Positions 1 to 13,215 of a stretch of DNA of 64,000 bases are shown one piece after another (position 1 is the stretch's first letter; each line of letters starts with the position of its first letter). The stretch covers positions 49,974,001 to 50,038,000 of the forward strand of contig CM052817.1 of assembly GCA_028534125.1 (NCBI GenBank), given 5' to 3'. The notes under the pieces are model-generated. The model ran no database searches and was not told where the DNA came from. It saw only the letters and a list, made by a program, of their open reading frames with translations. A program made the translations under genes and the position numbers. This DNA is from Lama glama. Its lineage: Eukaryota.

Positions 1-643
1 GTCTGACTAATGGGGTAATGAGATTAAAAATCTAATTCCAAAAGCTATATGACAAAGCAAAACAATTCCCCTGGACTTCCATTTTTCACTTTTTAAATTG
101 GTAACAATCAGAAATTTGAAAACTGCTATCTTGGCAAGAATGTAAGAAAGCACTCTCATACATCACTGGTGAGTGTATAAAATAATATAACCCATAATAA
201 GGCAAATATAGCACTATATTTCAAATTTACAGATACATTTACACTCAGCTCAAATTATTTATGTACCGGATATTTATTCTGGCATTATTTATCACTGCCA
301 AAGATGGGAACAATCCAGGTGTTCATTAATAGGAGACTGGAACATCCACACAGTGAAACCCATGCAGCTATTTTAAGAGAGAGAGACAGAGAGACAGAAC
401 TCTCTTGCTAAGGCATACTTTATAATGAGACACTGGGAGGATCAACAGGGTACTGATAAAAGTGGTTACCTGTGTGGTGTGATGGGGAAATAAGATAATG
501 GAATATTTTTAAAGTTATATTTTTCTTTTTTCTCCCACATTAGTATCTAGCTAAATCACAAATAATTGACTTCTGGGGTTTTATGTTATTACTAAAGGGA
601 AGAAAATGTAAATGTTTTTGTTCTGAATATTTTTCTATAACAG

Positions 644-731
644 AAATGGAATATCATTTACAATTTGGGACAGATGGACTATACATGGCAAAGAAGATTT
701 CACCCTCTTGGATTTCATAAACGCAGTCAAA
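644..731 (+). CDS. UBA6: UBA6 (ubiquitin/FAT10-activating E1) third-last coding exon
   Basis: Acceptor ...ataacag|, donor |gtgaga; 88 nt; translates (R)NGISFTIWDRWTIHGKEDFTLLDFINAVK, matching the recalled UBA6 C-terminal ubiquitin-fold domain. Confidence 0.96.
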
Positions 732-916
732 GTGAGACAATTATTCATTACAGTCGTTTTGAGTCTGTTAGTTTTTATGCATAATTTCATAACAGTTTTT
801 ATAAATATTATATAGCAGGAGTTTGTGCTCTTTCTACTGGTTGTAATTCATTGTCACCCAGCATTTTATATTTGGATGAGGCTTTGATCATTTCTCTTTT
901 GGGTATGCACTTTTAG

Positions 917-1011
917 GAGAAGTACGGAATTGAGCCAACGATGGTGGTACAGGGAGTCAAAATGCTCTATGTTCCTGTAATGCCTGGTCATGCAAAAAGA
1001 TTGAAGTTAAC
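917..1011 (+). CDS. UBA6: UBA6 penultimate coding exon
   Basis: ttttag| ... |gtaagt; 95 nt; EKYGIEPTMVVQGVKMLYVPVMPGHAKRLKL(T); in phase with the flanking exons. Confidence 0.97.
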
Positions 1012-1374
1012 GTAAGTGTCGGACATTATATGCAATAGATTCTCAAGAATTGAAACATAAGCTGAATGTACACTAGAGAATTAAATATAGAAGTTAATGA
1101 AGTTCAGATAAAATATGTGATTTACTCCTATCTAATGGCAGTAGTAAAGACATGAATCTACCAAGCTCCACAGGCTACCTATCAAGTGAGATTTATAGCA
1201 TTACAGTGCTCTTGTGAATTTATTGTAGTTCAGAGTCAGCTTTTAAGCTAATAGGCTTAGAAACCTGATTTGGTCAATAGACGAAGTAAAAGTAAATCCA
1301 CCTCTTATATGGGAACACACACAAAGACTAGGCTTATGAGGCTGAAGTGTTTTTAAAAATGCCAAATTATTATT

Positions 1375-2150
1375 TTCATTCATTTATTCAGGTTTTTTTT
1401 TAAGAATGGCTGCTATATGCCAGGTGCTTTTGTAAGCATTAGGGATACAGCAATGAGCAAAGCAAAGTTCCTGCCCTCCCTGAAGAGTTTGCACAACCAT
1501 TAGATATGTATGTCAGATGGTGGTAAGTGCTATGGAGAAATAAAGCAGAATAGGAGGTGTTAAGTTGGTACAGTTTATTGAGTAGTCAGGTATTCCCTCT
1601 GCCTGTCATATTTTCACCAGATAAGCTGGCATTTGAGCAGAGACCCAAAAGAAGAGAGGGAGCAAAAACAGCCAGTCTGTGCAGTGGTCTGCAAGCCCCT
1701 AAGTGATCTGGTTCCCACTTATCTCTCTAAGTTCCTTTCATACTTCTGTCCCCTTGTGTACAAGATTCCAGTTACTTTCCCTTGAACATTCCAGTCTTCA
1801 GCATGAGACTTTTGCTCTAGTTGTTCCATCTGTTTGCAACTCTTTCTGAGATGGCCATCTAACTCTCATCTCTGGTCTCTGGACTTCCTGAAGAGGCCTC
1901 TCTGAACCCTACTTAATATTAGCTTAGCATACCTAATCTAGCCCTTTTCTCTGCTCTACTTTTTCTCTCTTTCATAGCATTTATCACTGTCTTATATCTA
2001 CTATATTACTTATTATCTGTCTCCCCCCCCACTAGAACTTAAGCTTCATTCACAAGGGCAGGAATCTATATTTGATCTGGACATTGATGTGTCTCAAGCA
2101 CCTAGACCAATGCCTGGCACATAATAGGCATGAGTAAATATTTGTTGTTC
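1375..2150. mobile_element. L2 LINE fragments in the last UBA6 intron
   Basis: cattcatttattca...tgccaggtgctt; ccactagaacttaagcttcat...agggcagg...gtgcctggcacataataggca-like L2 3' ends. Confidence 0.65.
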
Positions 2151-3699
2151 ATTTTGCAGTATATACAAATATCAAATCATCACCTTGCACACCTGAAACT
2201 AATATAGTGTTATGTCAATTACACCTTAATAAGAAATTCTAAAACTTTTTACATGAAATTAGCATATAAAAATATTTGTCACAAATAAATGACCCTCTGC
2301 ATGATGAGTGCCTCAACATGCTTGTCAGTTTAACTGATTATTAATAAGGTTAATCACATTTTTATTATAATCTGGGTTTAATTATCTATTTTTTAAATAA
2401 AATTACTATTATATTATTTATGACATTAATTTGCCTTATTGTTTTTCATTTAGATCCCTAAGTATCTTTTGGATAAACTGATAGTAGTGTTTATTGTTTA
2501 CTACCTAGATGAGTGGAATGTTTGGTCCTGAAGTGCATTGATTGATGGAATTTAAATTTTACTGCAGATAATTCATGAAAATGCTTTATAGAGTTGGCCA
2601 GTATTTGAAACCTCCAGCATGATATGTTTTGAGAATGATACTTCTCATTTTATTACATTATGCATTTAGCAAATACTTATTGAGTACCTGTAAGTGGCTA
2701 GACAAACTTGACTTCAGAAAGACCTGGGTTGCCATCCTTGTGTAGCTCCTTAATTGTTTTGTCACATTAAATAGCTTACTGAACTCTTTTCAAACTTAGT
2801 TTTCTGTCCACATATAGGGATGATTGTGCCCAAGGCTATTGAGCATTAAAATAATAGTGAGGGCTAGGCTAGCAGTGTTACAGCAAGTAAGAAGTATCCC
2901 ATAAATGTTACTGCTGTGAATATTTTTTCATCTTGCATTTTATCAAATAGCCCTTGCCCTCAAGGAGTTTATAGTCTACTAAAGAAAAGTGACATGTTAG
3001 TAATAAAATGTAACTGAATAATTATTATAATAAAGTTTTTTACAGAACACTATGGGCACTAGTGTATCAAACTTCAGCTTAGGGTAAATTTCATTTGAGC
3101 TATCTTTGAAAAAGGATTACATCAGGCAAAAACAATAGTTTGTTCAAAATTATGCAGCTAATAAAGAGTGTACATAATCTATTTGGGAAATAAAGTTATC
3201 TGGAATGACTTACGGATGAGATGGTAAGAATGAATTGTGGGAAGAATGAAAATTTGTAGATGGGGCAAAATATCTTTGTAAAATGAAAAGAGCTGTTATT
3301 GAGGACTAAATACAGTACATAGTTCAGAGCCTAGCATGAGATAGATACATGATATATGATAGATAACATCGTTAGGCAGGAGAATAATGTCAGATTTGCA
3401 TTTTAAGAAAATTCTGGCAGCAGAATATATTGGAGGTAGGAAAGAGACTGGAGGGAACTGGCTAAAAGCTAATGCAGTAATCTGAGGGGTATATAGATGA
3501 TGACTTGGTTTATGATAATATCAGTGACAGTAGCAAAAGTGAAGTGTTTTTTTAGTAAGCAGGATATACATGGGATATGAAGGAAAGGAAAAACTTAAGA
3601 ATATCTTTTACGGTGATTTTTGTAGCTTGCACTTGAAGGTTTAAATCTGGCTTGATTTTTACTATCTACATAGAAATGCTTGAAAAGAATTTATGCTTC

Positions 3700-3983
3700 C
3701 AGACTCCTTGCAGGACATTTGGTTCTGTTCAAAACATCCATAAAATATTTTGGTCCACACCAAAAATTCCTTGAAATTGGATCCATGCCAGGTGGTTATA
3801 GACAATCCCAAACGTCAAGGACTTTTTAGTGTGGCCCAGATGTCTTACAATGTTTTAGACAGGACCAAACAGTCCTGCAAATATCAAGGAACTTTTGGGG
3901 TGTACCAAACAGCTTATGAACCATATGGATATTTTGGACAGGGCCAGATGTCTGCTAACCCTCCAAACTTTATAGGGAGTTTA
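3700..3983. repeat. Modular inverted repeat / MITE-like palindromic element
   Basis: Modules A (3708-3742) and B (3748-3777) recur in inverted orientation twice (B' 3813-3840, A' 3850-3880, B' 3881-3909, A' 3923-3955). Confidence 0.75.
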
Positions 3984-4305
3984 AAGACGAGTTGTTTTTT
4001 GTTTTTTGTTTTTTTAAAACACTGCTTACCTTTTGGGTTTCTTTGAGGGTGGTTTTTTTCTTTTAATAAATAGTCTGTATTCTTTATCAATACCATCAAT
4101 GGTAAAAATTGATTAACTGTTAGGTAAATGAGTGTCTCGGTTTTAGAGCTTTTAGTAAAGAAGACAGTTATATGAAAGCAGGTGAATTACTAGATTTAAA
4201 AATAAATTTAAACAAGCCCCGATTCTTTGGGTAACATTGATCAGCAAATCACTCTTTCATTTTACAGAATTTACCAAATTATTTGTCCTTGCTTATTTTT
4301 CTTAG

Positions 4306-4441
4306 AATGCATAAACTTGTGAAACCTTCTTCTGAAAAGAAATACGTGGATCTTACTGTGTCATTTGCTCCAGATACTGATGGAGATGAAGATTTACCTG
4401 GACCTCCAGTAAGATACTACTTTAGTCATGACACTGACTGA
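4306..4441 (+). CDS. UBA6: UBA6 last coding exon to stop
   Basis: tttttcttag|; (T)MHKLVKPSSEKKYVDLTVSFAPDTDGDEDLPGPPVRYYFSHDTD* with TGA at 4439-4441; matches the known UBA6 C-terminus. Confidence 0.97.
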
Positions 4442-7250
4442 CAGAACTTGTCTTAAATTTACTCTAGGACTACTTGATTTTGGAAAGGAATGCATTCAAT
4501 TCAGGAGCTAAAAAGATCAGCTCGTAATGCTATGGATTTCTGTTTGATGAAGCCTTAATTTAACGGAAACATCAGTGGAAAACTACACTGAAGATTTATA
4601 AAGCATTTTGAAGCATAGTATATACTTGTGTAGTGCTTCATGTGTGGATGTGATGCGATCACAAGCAACTTTGAACTGGAATGCCATTTTTTAATGCTTA
4701 CAAAAAATTTGTGTATTAACCTCTCTGGATGAAAAGAAGGAAAAATGCATATCCAAGGCCAGAAGAGATAAAAAAAATCAAGAAATTGAAAGTGACAAGT
4801 GCAGCTATCCAAAAAGTTTAATCCTATTTTACGAATTTCTTTTTGTTTAGTATTTCAGGCCCATTTTTCTATACAAATAGCATTTGGCTCTATGCACCTC
4901 TCATGACTAGACTTTGGATTTAACACCAGTAGGAAGAGGAAGGATGATAACAGTGGTTGAAGAATAGACATTTAAAATTGTACAGTTTACTGTCCTATTA
5001 CCTCTGCTAGTTTAACCAGTTTGTTTTATCACTGTCCCCTCAAAAGCAGGATCTTTGTTAATAGCATCAGTGTTGTGAGTTATGAGCGTGTCCAGTGATA
5101 GGTGTTAAACTGGATAAATGTTAACAATGTTATATGGACTCTGATGTCCTTCTTATAGAATCCATGAATGTGAACAGATAAATATGGCTAGTTATTTGAT
5201 TCTTCAGTATGCCTTCTAATGTGGCTATTTTATTTATTTGAAACTCTAAACCTGATTGTCAGAGTATATAAGACTAAAAGTTTTTGTAGAGAGAGTGTCC
5301 TTAGAAATAGATGAAAAGTAGAAATTAAAAAAATTATCACTAGTTGAGTCTGGATTTTTTTTCCTTCCAACAACCTAATGGACAGAAAAAAACAATTTAA
5401 TGTTTTATTTTAAAGGGAAATATATTATTTAATTCCACATTCCCAGAAAAGGAATTGACAAAGATAAAAATTTATATTTTTAGGTCTTTACTGATAGAAA
5501 CTTTCTGTTTCTGGTAAGAACTATTGCGAATGTTCATAGAAATAGTTTCATTAAAATGATGTAAAGTACTCAACACTGAATTCGGTGAAAATAGCAAATA
5601 TTTCTTTCATTTCCTAGGCTACTATGCATTCTTAAGCAATTTGCATTATTTTACACAAAATAAGTTATTTCTCTCTAGCTACTTTCCTTCTGCTCTCCCG
5701 TTCAGACCATTAATAGGTACTTTGATAAATTAAAAACTAGATTCAGGCCAGTATTACTCCAGTTTGGTGTCTTTTCATACTCTGTACTTAACCTCCATTT
5801 TTTTCTGCTTACAAGTAGTTTAAATTACTTAAGTCAGCCAGCTCTATTGTTTCATTCTTTTGTAAAAGTGTCATCCAACTGGGAAAATATATTTGGGAGT
5901 GGAGGGTGAATTTGTATGATTAAAGGATGATCTTTGCATTGGAGGTGAGGATAAATGGACAGGATGAGTTTAAAGGAAATGGCTACCTTTCAAATAAGCA
6001 GTTTAATTTTGATTCACCATATCCTACCCTCTCCCATCATTTATATTACAAGTATAATGTTTAAAACTAGTATACTCAAAGTTGAATCCAGGAATATCAA
6101 AGCTCTATGGCTTGGAACTTCTCTAAGAAGCTAGTTTCCCACTTTCACTTGTTTTGTGCTCTATGACAGTGACTGGTATTTTCCCAGTAGTATTCAGTAA
6201 TTCTCAGTTGTGATCTAATCACTTGTTTATATTTGATCTAAATCTCCACATCTCTTCAGAATTAAATTTAGCACTATGCTATCAGTTCTTATTTATAGAG
6301 ATCAGTACTTTAGCAGATTCAAACAAAATTAACAAGGATTGAATTCATTTTATGATTAAACCTGAAACCATTTTGTCTTTTTTTTTTTCTGTAGGTAATG
6401 GTTATTGCCATTAATCTCTTCTATTTAGTTCTACTCAGCTGGAAAGCCAGTGTGAATTTAATGACAGTTTTTTTCATTATCTGTTTTATTTCTGTACCAT
6501 GAGATCACTGTTGGTGATTGAAATATCAGATGCAAAAATTACTGATTAGACGGTACAACTGAGTGATTTTTTACTTATTAAAAATGATTAAGTAATTTGA
6601 CAGTATCTTTGTAAATCCTGTTCCATAGCTGACTCCAGAGATTCCAGTTTTACTCTTCATTTTATGAGTAGTGTTGCCTTGGTGTTTCCTAGTTTTCAAG
6701 GTTTGCAATCATTGAGACACAACATTCACTGGATATGGAGGGACATTACTTTGAAGTGCTTTTGGCTCCGGGAAATTCTCTTAAACAGTTGAAGGGAATG
6801 GTGGTGACCTTGTAAAACCTAGAAAATCTGGTAAATCCTACACTGTTGATTGGGGATTTCTAAAGTCCATTCTTTTTTTAGAATTCAGAGCATTATGTTG
6901 CTCATCTGTAAGTTCCTCTAAATTGTCCCAAAGGTAGAACTTGGAAATAGATATGTATCTTTATTTTTATTTTTTGGCTATTATAGCACTCCCTGGTGGA
7001 GCCAATGACAAGGCATAAAATAAGTCAAGAATGTTTAAAGTCACTATCTTATAATTGGAAAAATGAAGACAGAAAATTTGTTTTCTTGTGATCTTGAGGG
7101 GAAAACAATCTCTTAACCTAATAATCCTTTCAACTGTAATGAATGTTACCAAAAATTCACTGTGATTGTGAATATATAACCATTTAGTATATAATCACTA
7201 GATACGGGTTTAACTAATTTTACTTTTAACAAATTTAAAATTTAATCAGG
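4442..7250 (+). other. UBA6: UBA6 3'UTR (3' end approximate)
   Basis: AT-rich tract with no repeats I recognise, running from the stop to an old L1 at ~7330; several ATTAAA hexamers (~5325, 5550, 5728, 6355, 6577). The end cannot be fixed from sequence alone. Confidence 0.55.
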
Positions 7251-9016
7251 AAATTGCAGTCTTGGGGGTCACAGTAAGTATTCAGTAGGTAATTTGTTCA
7301 TTTTTCTCTTGCCATGTCTTAGCTTTATTTATTTAATTAAGATATATGTATATATATATTCAAGAGAGTACATAAAATATGAATACACAACTTAAGAAAT
7401 AATTTTAAAGTAACTACTCAAACAGCTCTCGAATCAATAGAACACTGACAACAGCCCAGAAACTCCCTTGGTAGTCCTTCCCAGTCACAGTCAGCTTCCC
7501 TACATGTACCCTCTGGCAGCTAGTATTGTCCCTTTAGTGATAACTGTGTCTTTGTTTTTATTTATAGCATTACCACCTATGTATATACCTAAACATTACA
7601 GTTTACTTTTGATGGTTTTTTTAACTTAATATAAATAGAATCATACTGTACTCTTTGGTGACTGCTTCTTTCCTTCAGCATGGTATTTATCCATGTTTGC
7701 TTATAACCATGCTTCATTCATCTCATTGATGTATAATTTACCTTTGCATTAATATACCACTACTTATTTATTCAGCCTATTGACTGTGGACAACTTGGGA
7801 TGTATTCTGTTTGGGGCAATCACAGTTCTACAAGGAACATTGTATGTATCTCCTAGTACAACTAAAGTTTATGCCTAGGAATGGAAGTGCTTGGCCATAG
7901 GGTATTCACATCTTAAATTATTTCGATACTAACAAAAGTTTTTCCTGAGCAGTAGAGATGTCCTGTTTTTCCACTTTGCTCAACACTGGTGTAAACAGAC
8001 CTTTTTTTTAAATTTTGCCAATCTGGTAGATGTGCAGTTATAGCTCATTAAAGTTTTACTCTGCATTTCCCTCATTACTTTGAAATTAAGCACCTTATAT
8101 GTTTGTTGGCCACTCTGACTTTATTTTTTGCAGTGTGTCTTTTCAGTTCTTTTGCCCATTCTTCTGTTGTGTTGGGAAGTTTTTTTCCTCATTGATTCAT
8201 AAAAGATCTTTATACATTCTGTTCTTAGTTGGCTGTATAGTTGGGAATGTTTTCTTCCACTCTGACTTGCCTTTCCCTCTCTTTATGATGTTCTTTGATA
8301 AAAAGAATTTGTTAATGGTTAAGTACTGAGAAGTATCGATTTTTTGTTTTCAGGTTAGAGTTTTTTGCAAATTGTTAAAAGTTATTCTCTCTCGAACCAC
8401 AAAGTCATGAATATACTCCTCTGTGGTGTCTTCTAAAGCTTTAGTTTTGACTTTCACATTTTAAGTTTTTAATTCACAAGAAATTTTATGTATGCTAGAA
8501 AGTGCCTCACCACCATTTACTTTTTCTGTACTTTTCTGCAGTGCTGCCAAAGTCATATGTCATATCCGTATATGTATACATCTCTTTCTGGACTTTTGTT
8601 CCTCCTTGTTCTTCTGTCCCTATGTTAGTATTCTGTCTTCATCACTGTAGCTGATACATTGTTTTTGATATCTGGCAGAATAAGTCCTCCCAATTTACTG
8701 TTTTGTAAGAGTGTCTTGGTTATTTTTAGGCCTTTGTATTTTCAGTTCTCAAATTTCTAATTTCAAATATGCAAATCTTTCATTTTGCAGTTTCTAGTTG
8801 TCCTGCTGAAATTTTATCTTTTATCTATCTGAACATGAAAAGTGTTATTATTTTATAGTCTGTAATAATTCCCAAATCTGAAACTCTCCTGTGGGTCTCT
8901 TTTTATATTTTGGTTTCTACTGATTCTCATTATCTTGTATCCTTGTGTGTGTGGTTATGTGTGGTTATCTTTAATTAAATGCCAATACTATATTTGAAAA
9001 CTTGATTATAGAAATA

Positions 9017-9217
9017 TAGTTGACCCTTGAACAACACAAGTTTGAACTGCATGGATTTGCTTATATGCGGATTTTTTTCAGTAAATACATCCTACAGTAT
9101 TACATGATCCATGAATGTGGAACCTTGGATACGAGGACCAACTGTAAAGTCATATACAGATTTTAAGCTATGCAGAAGAGTGATGCCTCAATTCCCATGT
9201 TGTTCAGGGATCAACTG
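9017..9217. mobile_element. Tigger-derived (TcMar) non-autonomous MITE
   Basis: ~20-bp TIRs tagttgacccttgaacaaca / tgttgttcagggatcaactg, with TA duplication on both sides (9015-16, 9218-19). Confidence 0.85.
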
Positions 9218-10999
9218 TAATTTGATGCCCAACATGATATATTCATTTCCACAGAGTTTTTTCATATGCTCTACCAGGCACTTGGGCACTAGTAATTCAG
9301 GATCATTTTGACCCACTTACAGAGACTGAAATTTTCTGAGTCATCTATGTGACTCAGAGCTGAGCTGATTTAGTACTAGTGCCCTTACTTCCTGTTAACC
9401 CTTACTCCAAAAACCCTTCAGACTTGGTAAGTGTGAGTTGGGGTTACCAGAGTCAGAGCCCTGACCCCGTGACTGGTACTGCACTCCACCTTTGAATCTA
9501 GTCCCTTAGCTCTGCTTAGCTTCTCTGTGGCCTCTTACAAATCTGCAAAAAAAGCTCCAGGGTACAAGTGTTCACAAATGAAAAATTCATTTTCTTTATG
9601 AATTTCTATTTTTCCCCCAGATACTAGCCTAATAATTATTCATTAGTTTAGCTTTCTGATGCCATCCAGCACTTTTTCAAATATATTCTGTGCAGTTTTT
9701 CTAAATATTCTCAAGTGAGAATGTTAATCCAAATTACTCAGCCCACTTTATTTCCTAATTTTTGATTATGTGTAAAATGTAATTGGTATCTTTGTATTGC
9801 TTCTGTATCGGGAAAACTTACCTCTAATGATTCTTGTAAGTTATTTGTAAATTGTTTCGGATATTCTACATAATCGTCAAATAGGGACAGTGTTAGTCTT
9901 TTCTAAGATCTAAATTTTGGTTTTCTTAATCCTCTATTGTATGTTTGTTTTCTGTTTCATTAATTTCTGCTTTTATCAATATTATTTTCTCTATTTTGTT
10001 TGGAGTTTTTTTTTTTTTACTGTTTTTGTTTCTAGCTTGAGATGGATACTTACCTCATTCATTTTCAGCTTGTCTTCCAACATAACCATTTAAAAGTTAC
10101 AAATATGTCTATATTACTATAGTATAATTACATTATATTCTAATTACTGTTGTAGCCATATTCCACAAATTTTGATACATAATAATATTGAGTTAAAATA
10201 TTTTACATTTTTCCATTAGGGGTGGTTCCTCTTTAACTCTTGAGTTTTTCAGGAGAGTGTTTCTTCATTTCTAGCAAAGAATTTTGATTTTAGGGTTTTT
10301 TAAATCCAATTTGATATTCTTAGCCTTTTAACTGGAACACTAAAACCATTTACATTTCATGTAATTACTAGGATTTATTTCTGCCATTTTATTTTATGGA
10401 GGTTTGTTGTCTAACCTGTTCTATGATTCTTGTTCTCTATTTTCTTACCTTTTAAAATTTGTATCTACTTCATTTTTTTATTCCATTTATGCCAATTATT
10501 AACTCAATTCTGTATTCTGGAACTTTGAAAACTAATCTCTTTCGCCATCTAGCTTCCCTTAGGTTCCACAAATAGAAGACACTAGAAGGAGACTGGAAAG
10601 CTGGAGAGAGGGAGAAGAGACTGACCATTGCCATTTGCTTCCTGATTGTCAGCATGACCTCAGCAGTGGCTTTTCTCCTAGTAGTTGTGGCTGGTTCCCA
10701 GGCTCTACCTTTTCTCTGGCACTCTGCAGGATCTCTTTTAGGCTTCCAGATTCTAATAATCCTACCCTTTTTCCTTTAATAGTTGGGACCCTTGCCAACA
10801 TTTTCAGTTCTCTCACAACCTGTTTAAGCAATTCCTTATGTTAAATTCTTTCTTAATATAAATGATATGGTTTCTGTTTTCCTGAGCTATACACATTTTT
10901 TTTTCTTTACTGGTTTAGTGCCTTTTATCTTTTGGTGATTACCCTGTATTACAACATGTGTGTTCAGACTAAGTCAGACTAAAGCTAATCATTTTTACG

Positions 11000-11545
11000 T
11001 TTTGAAAGATTATGATTTCCAAAGATGGCCACAGCAATATTTGCAATCTGACGTGCTCTTTTGGAAGCTTATTACCCTACAACCACCATCTAGAGATAAA
11101 ATGTTTTCACATACCTTGAACTCAAACAAGGATTTATGACTGCCTCAACTAATATAACAGAAAGCAGTATGTGTGACTCTGTATGACTTCTGAGGTTAAA
11201 CCAGAACAGGCTGTGTGGCTTCTGCTTGGCTGGCTCTCTTGCTCTTGCTCGCTCGCTCTCCCTCATGGAAAGCTCAGCCCTGGAACCCAGACATCATGCT
11301 GTGAGGAAGCCTTAACTAAGCCCCAAGAGAGAAACTGAGGCTCCCAACTGCAGTCACTATCAAGTGTCACACATGCGAGTAAGCAAGCTCTCAGACCATT
11401 CCAGACCTCAGACCTCAGGGAGCAGAGACAAGCACTCCCTGCTGTGCCCTGCCAAGTTCCTGCCCCACAGAACCTGTGAGTATGGATTGTTTGTGCAACT
11501 AAGTATTGGGGTTACTTGTTACACAGTCGTAATGACTGCAACAAC
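11000..11545 (+). mobile_element. MLT1 (MaLR) LTR
   Basis: aaagatggccacagc...catgctgtgaggaagc...tgccccacagaacctgtgag...ttggggttacttgttacacag. Confidence 0.7.
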
Positions 11546-12964
11546 TCTCTTTGCCAACCTGCATACTCTGGTCATGTATTTTATTTCTCTTAGATATTTT
11601 AATTCTGTTGTCAAATACCTTAGTGTCTTTTAACTCTCTAAGACTTCTTTATTTTGTTTATATAGTCAGTGTTTGTATTTATGCACACACATAAATCACT
11701 TTCTTTACTCACACATATATCGGTTTCTTTACTCTTTATTCTCCTTTGTGCGTCAGGCTTACCATCTGGAATGAATTTCTTTCTATCTGAAATACTTCCT
11801 TTAGAATTTTATTTTGTGAGAGTCCACTGGTGGTATACTTGCTCATGATTTCTTTGTCTGAAAATACCTTAATTTCGCTCCCATTCCACTGAGATATTTT
11901 TGCTCAGTGGTAAAATTCTAATCCGACTTTTATTATCTTTCAACATATTGGAGATATTTTTTACTCTCTTATGACCTTCCCCTGTGGCTGTTGAGTCAGC
12001 TGTCAACTAAATACTGCGTCTTTTAAAAAATATATTTATCTGCTTTCATTTTATGCAGCGTAGTTATTATGTGTCTGGGTATGGATTTCTTTTATTAATC
12101 CTGTTTAGGATATGTTCAACTCTTTGAATCTAGATTTGTACCTTTTGTTAGTTCTGAGAAAGTCTCAGGTCTATTACTCCTTCAGCTATGTCTCTTCACC
12201 CATTCTCTTCATGATGATTCTCATCAAGCATTGTAGACTTACTCTGCCTTCCATGTTTATTACCCTTTCTTCTATAATTTTGGTTATATTTTTCAGTAGT
12301 TCTATATTTAGTTGTTCTATTTGGTTCTCTCTTTTAAAACTGCTAGATGACTTTTAATAGTTTCCTATATTCTGCAGATATTTTCTAACATCTTTTATTT
12401 AAATTGTGAGGACCATTTTATGGTCTGCCAATTTCAATTTCTCCAATTTTTGTGGCTCTTTTCCTGTTGTTTCTCCCAGCTAAATGTGTTGGTGGTCTTC
12501 TGTTAGATTCTCCACCTTGGACAGGCCCTGGGCTTTGATTTCTGTCTCCCTTGTCCATTTCTTTTTACTTTATTTCAATCAACCACATTGCCTCACCATC
12601 TTTAGGAGTCCTTTTTTTTTTTCCAAACGTTCTGTGTTAAGAACTGCATTTCTTTTAGATTGCAGGAATTCACTCTTAACATTTAGAGATGGTAACAAAT
12701 TGGCACTCTTAAGTCTCTTGTTGCTTATCTGTATTTGGACTAACTTAATTGTGAGGCCGTTGGGAATAAGAGAATAGATCTTTTGTAATCTACACATCAG
12801 TTAACACACTGGTATTACAGTAGATTTTAAAGAAGTATTTCACAAACTTTATTGTGGTGTGTTCTAAAAGAGCAGATTTCTGGACCAGCCCCCAGAATTA
12901 ATTCAGGAAGTCTGAGGGCATCTTAGGATTCTGCATATATTGAGGTATCCCAGATAACTCATTG

Positions 12965-13215
12965 AATTTGTTTGCTAGGACTGCCATAACAAATACCATA
13001 GACTTAGTGGCTTAAACAACAGAAATTTATTTCTTACAGTTCCAGAAGCTGTAAGTCTAAGATCAATGTGTCAGTAGAGCTGATTTCTTCTGAGGCCTTT
13101 CTCGTTGGCTTTGTTGATAGTTGTCTTCTCCCTCTGTCTCACATGGTCTTTCCTCTGTGTGTGTTTGTGTCCTTCTCTCCTCTTATAAAGATACATCTTT
13201 ATAAGATGTTGGAAA
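12965..13215 (-). mobile_element. MLT1A/B-type LTR fragment inserted in a MER5-like element
   Basis: gctaggactgccataacaaataccatagacttagtggcttaaacaacagaaatttatttcttacagttcc. Confidence 0.75.

Larger units (their letters stand above)
7330..12480 (-). mobile_element. Mosaic of old antisense L1M/L1ME fragments interrupted by DNA-transposon and LTR insertions
   Basis: T-rich decayed L1 motifs (cctaggaatggaagtgcttggccataggg, tgcatttccctcattact, ccatttacatttcatgtaatta). Boundaries approximate. Confidence 0.65.

Noticed and set aside
3700..3983. CRISPR-like or prokaryotic repeat array
   Set aside because: The repeats are inverted and degenerate with no unique spacers, and the context is a mammalian intron with no cas genes.
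3750..4046. 98-aa ORF in the last UBA6 intron
   Set aside because: TTG start, lies within the palindromic repeat element, no recognisable homology.
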